From: Tubulanus polymorphus
Lineage: Eukaryota > Animalia > Nemertea
Assembly (NCBI RefSeq): GCF_964204645.1
Contig: NC_134031.1
Span: 21,025,910 to 21,089,909 of the forward strand
DNA length: 64,000 bases
Reading direction: 5' to 3'
The notes below the pieces were generated by a model. The model saw nothing but the letters and a program-made list of their open reading frames with translations. It searched no databases and had not been told where the DNA came from. The position numbers were made by a program, and so were the translations under genes. Positions 25,218 through 37,000 of this stretch are shown piece after piece; within the stretch, counting starts at the first letter, position 1; every line of letters starts with the position of its first letter.

Positions 25218-25813
25218 ATAATATCCAGTCTCAACTAGATTGTATAAAGAGATATCTGTAGCTGGTGTAACATATTTTTGAATATAAATCAATGATGTGG
25301 AATTGCAGCAAAAAGTCATAACACATGTTGCAGCTGTGAAGCCATCGTGTATCGGACAGGTGTTCAAATAAGCAGCATTTTCAAAGAGCCGAAGATTTGT
25401 CGCGATTTAGATAATCTGATAATCGAGCAAAAATGGTCACTATAAACCGCGATGGAAACAGTGCTGCAAACAGTGAAATGAAACAGAAAACATCTTTCTG
25501 GAAGATAATCAAACAGCACTGTGCCTTCACACGAAGCCAGTCGGGTGTCTATAACACAAAATAAACAAGCAAACAAAAATACTTTACTAGGACGCCGAGG
25601 ATCGACGAGGATCGACGAGGATCGGAGCCACTGTTTAGTGATTTGATTGTTGTATAGAAGACACACGCAGTAACTATGACAATGAGTGAATCACATGACT
25701 GATCAAAGTCACTGCCATTTTCATATAATTATGACACAATAGCCTCCATCGCAAGAACGAAATTAGGCCCCGGCCTGAAATTCCTGACCAGGTGTGAGCC
25801 AAATCATCAATGA

Positions 25814-26119
25814 TTGCCAGGGTTTGATTGCCGCCCGCAGAAGCCCACGCCGATACAAACGCTGGCCGTAAACCCTTCATTGGTCAATTACATTGCCCAC
25901 CATTTCTTGGGCGGACGGGTTGCCGCTAAGCGACTACCAGTCTATATATCTAGCCAATCAGATGCGTAATGAATCCGCCGGTGAAAAACAACTCATCTGA
26001 TTAATTCATAGACTGGTAGCCACTAAGCGGCAACCCGTCCGCCCAAGAAATCTTGGGCAATGTTATAGAAGGGTTTGCGGCCAGGGCTTATGTTGGCGTG
26101 GGCAATCTAACCCTGGCAA
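25814..26119. mobile_element. Fold-back element: about 140-bp inverted arms around a short spacer
   Basis: TTGCCAGGGTT..GCCCACGCC..CTGGCCG.AAACCCTTC..ACATTGCCCA..TTTCTTGGGCGGACGGGTTGCCGCT is mirrored on the right arm. Confidence 0.75.
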
Positions 26120-26278
26120 GCGAGTTTGAATCTGCATGTGATCATTGCTAATGGTTTCGGCACGTTTCCTGTTTCTTTATGAAACGCGTAAAAACAAACT
26201 CTGTTTCTTGTTGTGTCAACATTTGTCTTGTACTATACACTAGGCTATGGATATAAGGGACAGAAACCTGGGTCTTAC

Positions 26279-26320
26279 CTCTGCTCCATCCCACATAAAC
26301 AGGTCTCGCCGCTCAGCCAT
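26279..26320 (-). CDS. Candidate alternative N-terminal exon: MAERRDLFMWDGAE (exon may extend to acceptor at 26339)
   Basis: Strong Kozak ataATGG, phase-0 donor GAG|GTAAGA, and a strong acceptor tttgtatattttTAG|G at 26340-26341 with the frame open from it. Too short for the ORF track. Confidence 0.4.
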
Positions 26321-28272
26321 TATACTGTACAAATTCCACCTAAAAATATACAAATATATGATTTGCAATATTAATAATATGATGATGAAAACAGATCAAT
26401 TATGAGCCAGTTTCATTTGCGCAATCTGAAATCAATTAACTTCATTGTGATCTACAATACAACGTGGAAATTGTGTTAAATACCAGGAATCCCACCAAAT
26501 ACTCATCGGTGTTGTACAAAATAATTCGATTTTTGATCAACTTTTAACTGAATATTGAGAATCCTGAATCCATATAAGATCACCTGAACCACCGAATATA
26601 AAAATATGATTGATTTTTTTCTTACTTTTCTACTCAGTAATTGGTGATGGCGCTGTCGTTGAAAATTTATTTATTAGTTCAATTTTAAATTGTTGCAGAA
26701 TTGGAACGAGATGAACCGAGCAGATCGTCTCCTGCCACAAACCCCAATTACATTTACACATACGATTTTCTACTATCCGCAAGCTAATGCATAAGATAAA
26801 AACCCATGATTTTAAGCGAAATCTCACATTACATTTATTTAAAGATTTTTCCAGAAGCCCCGACCGACATCTGCCCCATCTTGGATTCCTCATGGGTAAC
26901 TTGTACCATTTAGTTGCGGACAATTGCCTTTTGACTCATGTAATAAAATACCATAATTCAGGAAACGGTTTCGAGTTCGCAGTTCGCGCACAGAATTCTA
27001 TTCTCGTCGAAAATTCTCGCTAAAACATGCGGCATTAGACAAAATTTAGCGCGTTAAAAACAAATCTAAAAACTGAATTCGTTCAATGTGGATAAACAGT
27101 ACAATAAATGAACACAAGGGGTTCATAAATAGAAAACAAATTTTGTGTAGTTAGTTAGTCTATGTTCAGTTAAAGGCATACGTACATATTTTGCTTGCGT
27201 ACGCATTTTGCACTGAGCAATGTTCATACACACTCAGCCTAGAACACAACGCCCCACTCAGCCTAGAACACAACGCCCCCTGCATAAAGGGAGCTGTGGC
27301 AAGCGTGTAATAACGCATGTGCATTGATGAACACACACGACAGCGATATCAAAACACGTTAGAATCTAGCGGAATACTCAGATCACACATTCAACGCGCG
27401 ACAGTCCAGTTCACTTAAGTCTTCCAGACATTTAATCACTAATTAACGATGCAATTTGCTAAAAGACATCGACGTAATGAAAATTCTGACCACTTAGGAA
27501 CGGGTTGCATGATAAAACGAGAGACAATATGACAAGAGGTTGACACGTCGTCAGGACGTCACCACTTTGTCAATCTATTCGCTTTTATTATAAGAGGAAG
27601 CCGATCACACTCGTATCTACATCATCATACATGTATAATATAATTATCTAGTAATACAGCTAAAGTAACAAGCATTATATGCAGGATGTGCCAGAAATTG
27701 CCGCTGTAGCTAAAATGGCTCCAAAAATATCCCTTGTTTATCAGAACTCGGTACCTGATATCTTTCATCGCCGAGTAGTTTACACCAAATTTGAAGGTAG
27801 TTTTCACGATAAAAATGGCAACTCCGACATCGAGAATACTTCGATATTTTCGGGACACAAATAGTAATGATAGTCTGCGTATTAGATATCACAGCTGTAA
27901 TAGTAAACTCAACATCGAGTGTTTTCCTACTCTTAATCGTGAATGACAACCGAAGATTACACACACGCACACACATCATCATCATCCTCATCGTCGCCGT
28001 CATCATCATCATCACCACGGCTGTGTGTGAATTTATCACTAATTAATGACATAGGTACAATTATCTTAATTGGGTTATATTACATGAATTTTGATTAACA
28101 AGCTGAAGCACGTACGGGAAAAAGGTCGCGAGGTCGCGTAAAAAATTGTCACTGAATGCTTACTAAGTGTTAACCCAGAATCGTGAGTTTCTTTTTTTGT
28201 GAAGCAACCATTTCTGATTGGTATAATCACTACTGATCACGATATAGCAATAACATAACTATATTCTATAAC

Positions 28273-28978
28273 GGGCACACGCTGATTGAGGTGTCTTCCG
28301 ATAGTTGATTCCTCATCTGGGCACACGCTGATTGAGGTGTCTTCCGATAGTTGATTCCTCATCTGGGCACACGCTGAGTGAGGTATCTTCAGATAGCTGA
28401 TTCCTCATCTGGGCACACGCTGAGTGAGGTATCTTCTGATAGTTGATTCCTCATCTGGGCACACGCTGAGTGAGGTATCTTCTGATAGTTGATTCCTCAT
28501 CTGGGCACACGCTGAGTGAGGTATCTTCCGATAGTTGATTCCTCATCTGGGCACACGCTGAGTGAGGTATCTTCAGATAGCTGATTCCTCATCTGGGCAC
28601 ACGCTGAGTGAGGTATCTTCAGATAGCTGATTCCTCATCTGGGCACACGCTGAGTGAGGTATCTTCAGATAGCTGATTCCTCATCTGGGCACACGCTGAG
28701 TGAGGTATCTTCAGATAGCTGATTCCTCATCTGGGCACACGCTGAGTGAGGTATCTTCAGATAGCTGATTTCTCATCTGGGCACACGCTGAGTGAGGTAT
28801 CTTCTGATAGTTGATTCCTCATCTGGGCACACGTTGAGTGAGGTATCTTCTGATAGTTGATTCCTCATCTGGGCACACGCTGAGTGAGGTGTCTTCTGAT
28901 AGTTGATTCCTCATCTGGGCACACGTTGAGTGAGGTATCTTCAGATAGTTGATTCCTCATCTGCGCACACGCTGAGGT
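28273..28978. repeat. 46-bp minisatellite GGGCACACGCTGAGTGAGGTATCTTCWGATAGYTGATTCCTCATCT, 15 full copies plus one partial
   Basis: Units start every 46 bp from 28273 (28319, 28365 ... 28917, partial at 28963). Confidence 0.97.
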
Positions 28979-29430
28979 GTCGCGATTCTGATCACGATGC
29001 ACAGATCAGGCCTGAGTCAAATTTGGCCCATGCCATTTTAAATGTATAAAAAATACCATGTGATTAAATACAAAGTGTTGATTGGCTACGACCTTAGAAC
29101 GGATTGTGTAAACTCCTGCGATCTCATCGGCGACAACGTCACTGATGGTTTTAGCAGTGATAAGAGCACTCAGATCGGCAGCTGATCAGCGATGGATTGA
29201 TTGTACCGGTGACCAGAGCTAGTTTCACACCGGCTCAGCTTCACTGACCAAAACTCATTACTCATTATTACCCACGTTTTTACTTCAACTGTTATCATAT
29301 TATAATTGAGTTAATCCCGGATTGAAGTTATAAAACCAACCCCTTGATGCCAGTTAGAGTATTATCCATTCTAGTACGTACCACCAGAATAGAATAGATA
29401 TTTTACCGGTATTACAGGGTATCTGATGGT

Positions 29431-29581
29431 AGCCGCGATCACATGGAGACGATTTGGCCCGGGCCAATTTGGTACCAGTTGCAATTCATTTTAAACAGGC
29501 ACAAGCCCATTTGGCACCCATGTGAAAAGTTGTTGCGGGCTAAATTTATCCCAGGCCTAAGACGGTCGTATAATCGCGTTT
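29431..29581. mobile_element. Internally deleted copy of AGCCGCGATCACAC MITE
   Basis: The first about 40 nt are nearly identical to the reverse complement of 25175-25217; the second terminus is degenerate. Confidence 0.7.
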
Positions 29582-29775
29582 GGTATTAACATACTGGATT
29601 TAATGGGTATTTTGTTGTATTTATCAACTTTTCGTTATCAGGTTTGCATTTTAGCGAAGAAAACACAACAATTACGATTTATTAATTGATCGATGACGAA
29701 ATACAGAGAATAGAGAAATAATTACATCATCGCGATCATGATTTCTTGCAAAATGATACAAACATTATGAAAGAA

Positions 29776-29777
<2 letters not shown>

Positions 29778-29855
<78 letters not shown>

Positions 29856-29859
29856 TATA
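29778..29859. repeat. (AT)n microsatellite
   Basis: Seen directly; shorter (AT)n tracts also at about 32614-32640 and 34035-34072. Confidence 0.95.
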
Positions 29860-32800
29860 TTCCAGAGTAATTGGAGATGTTGGACGATGACACTGAATAT
29901 GGTTATGTAATTCAACGACAGTATCTCATATTTAGTCTCATTTTCTTTCCTAAAAATGCATATATTTGATATCTTCAGTTTTTTTTTCTAATCTCGCGTC
30001 ATAGAAATTTCGATAGCTTTATGTCATACATATTGAAAACTATCGACGTTGTAATTGGAGCCCAGTTCGATATTCTTACACGACCATAGAACATTTTTAC
30101 AGGAAAATTTTTGAAAGAAAATTCAATTCGCCGGAAATTCTTTTTAAACGAGTCGTTAACAAAAATTATGAATCGGGACCAAAAAAAAATTACGAAAAAA
30201 AGTCAGAGAAACTTGCAAAAATGCCTTCGATGTTTTTGGAATATATCGGTCATTAAAAAGCGCATGCAAATCTTGAATAAATAAGGACAATGAGGAAGGG
30301 AGAGAATTAAGTAGATGGCGCTACGGTCTACTACTGAAAGAACGATATTTAGAACATGGAAATGTTTTAGTTACCGACCATTCGTCAGAGCTTAAATAAT
30401 CATCTCCGCGCATTATATGCAGGATAAGCGGGCTACAAGCAAAGTAAGAGAAAATTTGAAAATCATTTCAACAACTGTACAGTGCCTTCAAACCCCCCTC
30501 CACCCTCCCGTTCATTGCACTCCCCATTTATATACATACATATCACACAACATATGTATTCAAATTCATACCAGGGTATAATATGGAAATCATATACATG
30601 AATTTCAATAAAAATTCTGCATTATCTGGAAAGTGTGAAATGTTGGTTATGCATCGTTATCAAGGATAGAGATACGACGAGTACGAGTTCTGTGTTAATT
30701 ACCTTTAAAAGTTTGAAAAGTTATCCCCATTAGATTCAACGGTTCGATGGTTTTACTTTCATCGCTTTCAGTGAGGTTTTAAAAAGTGAAGAAGACTCTT
30801 TATCCATTATACATCAACGAATAGAGTCACATGAATTAAACAGGAAATAAATAGAAACAAAAATGTGCGAAAGCTAAAACAGTAAGCAAATACAAATTAA
30901 TGCATTGAACAAGGGGCAAAATGATCAGGGGGAGGGGAAGAGGAAGGTGGGTTTTGTAAATAAGTACTGAAATAACTGACAATGTAACATGAATATTACA
31001 TGAAAATAAATAGCATCCAACATCACGTGAAAATGACTGAAACTAAACAAAAAAATCTCAATTAAGAACCAGCCACTAACCATACACTGTCACACACACA
31101 CAAGTGAAAGTAACAGTGTTTAGAAAGTTTGAAAAGCAACTAGGTTATGTCAGGAAACATGTGTTACTTATTGGCAATGTGGGTATGGAGACATTTCCCA
31201 GACAATTGAACTCGGGTTCAATACATGAAGCAGATGCTGCAAGCAAAAATCCATCCATTAAACCTTCTAAGTGATATGTAACGAATGGGCTACCCCTAAA
31301 ACTACTGGTCCCGGGGGGGACCGCTGCATAGAATTACATACATCTTTATGCAACAATAGCTCAGCATATCCGATTTAAAATCTTCTCCAAGTCATCACAA
31401 CCGCTGACAGTTTGAGTTTATGTTCGGACAGGTGGTTTTACAGCAGTTGTTAAGATGAATGTTTTACTTGAACAAATAATCAACCAACAGCTGAGAAAAA
31501 AAACAGCTCATAAAAAAATTGTCTTTTTTGTAGCAGCTTACTTTTTCCACAAGTTGAATTAATCAGATATAAGTTCAAAAAAGTGCATAAGCCGCAATGG
31601 ATTCGGCTCAAATGAGTAAATATCAACAGGTTAGTTTATTACAATTAAACACCTGCAGCGCTCAATCAATCGAATCAAATGTTTATTCAACTGGATTTTG
31701 TACTTGTGTCAACTCAACTTTATTCATTATCACAATTTCTATCGGCAACTTCAGATTCCTTTAGAGAATCACGAATGAAATCTGCAACACAAAATCAGCA
31801 CCACATGCCAGGAACTGACTGATGGAGAACTGACTTGACATTTTTCTTATTCACACTTTCTAATATTGGAATTTAGGAAAATTCTAACACTCGATCCCAA
31901 AAAAATACTTACTGGTTAAAAGGATTAAGGTTATCGACGTTCATGGTGACTTCACGCGGTGATAACTTCATCGAGTAAAAACGTTTAAAATTAGATCAAC
32001 CGGACGACAGTAAATCTCGAGATATTCTCGAAAATATGATATTCGAAATTTTTCACGAAAACTTTTACGACGGTCTCTCGCGCGCTTATCCGATAAATAA
32101 AGTTTCAACTGCACACCCGCGCGCGCCGTGTGCGATGTCTTTTTAAAGATTGATTTTTATCTCGATGAAGCACAGATTATCGGGTCTATAGACGATCGAC
32201 ACACGGCAAAAAACTACAATCGATATATTAATTCTCATGGTTATAAACAGCTGAAACAATCGCACGATTCCAGATCACCTCTCCGACTGTTTTAACGGAA
32301 CTCGCGGCGCACGCAAAAATAAATTCAATGATAATCCTATACGCATTCCTTCCATATACAAAATTCAAATATCGATAAATTCCGAGATGATGAACTTAAA
32401 ACACGTGAGTGATTCGATGACCTTTTAATCCGTTCCACGCACGCCAACCACGATGCCCTCTAGAACAACTAACTTTTTAATCATAATTAAATTCGACGAA
32501 TGAAATGATATTTCATGCCTTTGGCCAGGATCATAGAGTGGCAGCTCGGCGACGGTCGGCTTCCAACCGACAATAATATTAGAAGAATTAGACAGAAGCT
32601 ACAGGTAATCCATGTATATATATATATATATATATATATAGTCCAGATCGGAGCTCAGATGATGACTCGACTCGATGTCCGTTCTCACGAAGATTGTATG
32701 AACCAGGACACACAGGATCAACAGCAGCTGTAACAGAGAGAGAGAGACTCTCACTACCACGGTACACGCTGTAAGTCCTGTTGTGAGCAGTTACAATCTG

Positions 32801-34031
32801 AGACAATAGATGTGCACTGCGAAACATCCGGGGGAGCATTTTTGGGTCAACCTTTCACAAGCGGTTAACCTTCCTACCTACGGGCTGCAACTGCAACGTT
32901 GCAGCTTCTGTTTATTTGCGCATCAATTCCAGATGTGTGTGACTGTGAGTGTGTGTGCAGTTGTGGAATCAACGTTCAAAGTATCCAGGAGCTTACCAAC
33001 AACCACGCATATCACACTTGACAAACTCAAGATAAAACCACAGGGAAATTTTGGTTTCCACGCCGCAAATAATTTATGCTAAGCTGATTCAACACGAGTT
33101 GTACATCGGTAACAAATGGAAAGTCTGTGACAACACAAATATATTACATATTGAAATGAATAAACGTTTTAAAAACTTTTTTTTAAACAATTCATGTACG
33201 TATGTTTTTCACTTCACTGATTATAGTGTTGTAATGATCTGAGCCTTTAGTGTCCGTGTAATTTACACTCGATAAGACGCACTTTTCAAAACCGTTGAGA
33301 CAAACGTAGGTCGACTGGTGACATGATCAGTTGCAGGTCAACTGGCCGACAATGCGCGACTAGTCAGTCAGTCGCCAAAGCAGCTTATGTGACTGGAAGA
33401 CTAGTCGCAGACTGTTGCGTCTGCGCAGTATGTAGTACATGTGACTCACTGCGACTTGTGTCACTGGTAGTCACTTAAAGACCAATAGGTCAACAGGTCT
33501 TCGTAACACAATTATTGCTGATCGTTGCGATGAAACGTGTTGCGAGGCCCGGCTTAAATTATATAATCTTTAACAACATATGATTAAATATAAAACCATA
33601 TTTCACTGTTTATTTTCAAGTCATATCTGGGAATAAGCTGAAATGTCTCCCTCAGTCGATATGCTTCACTATACCTGACCAAAAAGCTCGAATAAAAACG
33701 TCGCAAAGCTAAAAACCACTCACCAATTTTGGTCCATTTCGAATGTTTCTTTCATTGCTATGGAATTCGAGCAGTTTTTTATAAATGCGTCCATTGTGCT
33801 CGGCCGGCCACATCCCAACTAATGATGACTAAAACCATGACGACAGGATACCGAGATGCTGAACTATAGTCTAGGGGAAAGGTAAGTTATAGGTCACCGG
33901 GGTTTGTGATTGACCAGTAGGTAACTCTGATCGGCCACTCAGAGGTCATGGAGTTCAAAAACAGGTGAAGAAACTTTTCAAACAATTTCTACTATTCACG
34001 TCATTTCAAATACAAGTACTTTTTTCAATGG

Positions 34032-34078
<47 letters not shown>

Positions 34079-37000
34079 AAATGTCCGATAGAATTGAAAG
34101 ACTGAGAAGGTCATCGATCAATTGATAACCCGTAAACACTACCACTGGATCAGTTACCAGATAATATTATTGACATCCAGATATTTCTTTTGATGATGAT
34201 CATTTTTGTTCATTCTTTAAAAAGTTTAAAATCTGTTACCATAAGTGAATTAATACTTTTGAAATAAACTGTCTTTGTTATATAAATCAACCTCTGTGTA
34301 TAAGGACAATGGAAAGTATGCTCGCATTTTCATTGATGCAATCATCATTATGATATACACAAAAAATGAAATCAATGAATGACCTCATTTTTTCAACAGG
34401 AGGGGGCACATTGTTTTTTTACGAGTTATAGACAGAAACCGATGACAGAACGGAGTTTAATCCCATCATATTCCAGGTCGACAGACACAATGGTTTCAAT
34501 CTACATTGTGCTTGCTTTTTCCGCAGTAAAAATAGGTTAAAACTCCCCCCTCCCCCCAGTAAACTCATGACTGAAAGTGATTTCTTCATGCCGACCTTAC
34601 AAATGGAGTGGTTTTCATTTTCTCGGCCAGCAGCAGCGCAGCAGCATCAGCAGCATCAGTAGCGGCATTGTAATAATAGTGTCACTTTTTAAATATCTCT
34701 AAGATAGCGATACAGGGAGAGCTGCTGAGCCAGTGAGCAATCTGCTTCTTTCGCCTATTGATTATTCGTTATGTTATGTAACATCTTGAGCAGTACGAGA
34801 TTCATCCGCCTGCCATGCTGCCGATGATAATTTAGGTCAAACATTCAAGGTCGTTTGCCGGTGTGGAGAAAAAATGTTTTTTCGTCACTGATTTTCACGT
34901 TGCTCAAACTAAACGACACCAATTTGCCACAGGTGAATAAATTAAACGTTTTGATGTTTGTTACGCTTTATTTAATTCCTCAGAAGTTTCTGAAAAAATG
35001 TTTCCTTTTTCCGAACGTCTCTTCGTAGCTGACCGTAGAAGGTGCGCACACTGGTGATGGATGCATACCTGTTTGACATGGACCAAATTAGGGCTGAACA
35101 AAAATTCCAAAAAGCACGGGTCAAATTATAAGTCATTTCAGTAACGAGTGCTTCACTTGTCAAAGAACTTTCTAATTAAGCGGGCTAAATTCTATTGGAG
35201 GTCTAGTTAGACCTGGGCCAAAATGTCTTCCAGTGAGCGTGGCTATTTTGAACAGAAATAACCACAAAATCAAAAATAAAATTTTTGATGACAAAAAATT
35301 CTTCGCGATAAGGGCCGTCACAAACACAAGTTGTAAACCGCCTGGAGGCACAGGCTTCATGTTGACTACTAACCTATGTAGATACATGACACAAACATTT
35401 AATTTTTCTGGAAAAAGTAACCGTAGAAGAAATTGTCATTTAGTCAATAGGTGACAAGCCCCTAGACATAGAAGGAAACCTCATCCGTAGTATTAACAAT
35501 CTATCCAAACAGAGACATCAATAAATGTTGTTTGTGATCTCGAAGAATCCCGGAGATGTTTTTCGAGTTATGTTGTCGTAACCATTTTCCGTAGAATGAT
35601 GTCTCTATATCGATCACCAATTGAAATAAAAATAGGAATTGTTAAGAATAGGAAAATATCCAGATCTCTCAAAGTTGACCATTCCTTCTACAACTATCAG
35701 TTTATAATTGATTACCGGTAGGAAATAAAAATCATCACTTAATTCCGTGCTTATCATCCGCAGGAGGGCAACAGTTTTCTTACGATTACAGGAAATATAT
35801 AAAACTAGCTATCAGAATAACCAGACATGCCGAATTATCGATTACTACCACATCAGGGACAAAAAAAGATAATTTTCAGGGACACAATGAGGTAAAACGA
35901 AGGATTTGAACGAATATTAGGGGATAGTAGAAAATTGTTTGAGGGACATAGAAGAATCCACCCTCATGGATTGGGAGGTATTAACATGGACTGTCCCTGG
36001 CAATCACAGGCAGTAGGCAGCTGCGAATAACTTTGGTTTATGGTTCAAATCCTGATGGTGACAGAGGCACCTCTGGCATCCCCCTAAATCGGGAAAATCT
36101 GCTAATAATGCTCCACGTGGCTCAGCGGAATGAGGGATGACAAATAATATACAGCATTGAACGTAAGGAATTTCAAGAAACAATAGATAAATAGAAGATT
36201 TATATGATGTAAAATGAGGAATAAAATCAATGTCAGACTCGGTGGAAAACGTCAATATCAAGCATTTGTATTAAAACATTTTTTACAACTGATATAATAT
36301 TGTGGTGCATTAAACATTAAATTCTTTGATGCGGCATCACAAAGACTACATAAAACCATTAAAATCTATTTAACAACATTTGCTCGAAATCAATTTCATC
36401 AATTTCAACGTGTATCCCGGATTCAAATTATGAATGAATTGATTTGATTTTTCGATCGACAAAGTAACCATAATGGTTTCTCATTCTCTGTAGTTGATTC
36501 TGATTTTTGATTCACGTATGTTCCCCGTATATCAGCCGAAGGGCTTAGTCGATTTAAGTTCGGAATTAGTTAATTGTCTCAAGATCTCTTCCATTCAATA
36601 CCGTAGTAAGAACACCTGCATGTTTTTCGCCCCAAGCGCCCGTACCGACTACCGCTACTACCTAACATATTCTACACTTGCTTTTTCTGTAATTACTCCC
36701 TTCATTCGTCGCCATAAAAGCACCTTTTTGTTCGGGTAATCCTCGCACAGATGAGGAGCGAGCGTTTCTCATCTGGTGATTGAGGTGCCTTTCAACGATG
36801 CCAAAACTTGCACTCTCATCGATTTTCCATTCATCGGCGAATTTCATCAATGAAACACCGGCAACCATACGACACACGTCGTCATCATTTCCCTCTCGAC
36901 GGTAAAAAAAACCTAAACAAATCTGACATAATTGTGTCTTGGCCACCCCCACTATCGGGCTTACTCTCGAAAATACATACCAGCTAGTAATAATATACCG

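Noticed and set aside
28273-28978. CRISPR array or let-7 gene cluster
   Set aside because: There are no unique spacers and the context is eukaryotic. Each unit forms only a short TGAGG..CCTCA hairpin, not a 60-70 nt pre-miRNA, and the let-7 centre is absent.
33394-33405. TGGAAGACTAGT equals the first 12 nt of miR-7
   Set aside because: The match stops at nt 12, and the site lies in a GCGACT/AGTCGC-rich repeat-like segment.
34601-34690. Minus-strand Ala-rich stretch with MKTTPF|GTAAGG as another first exon
   Set aside because: Weak exonic donor context, an in-frame stop upstream of the Ala tract and an overlapping out-of-frame ATG; not supportable.
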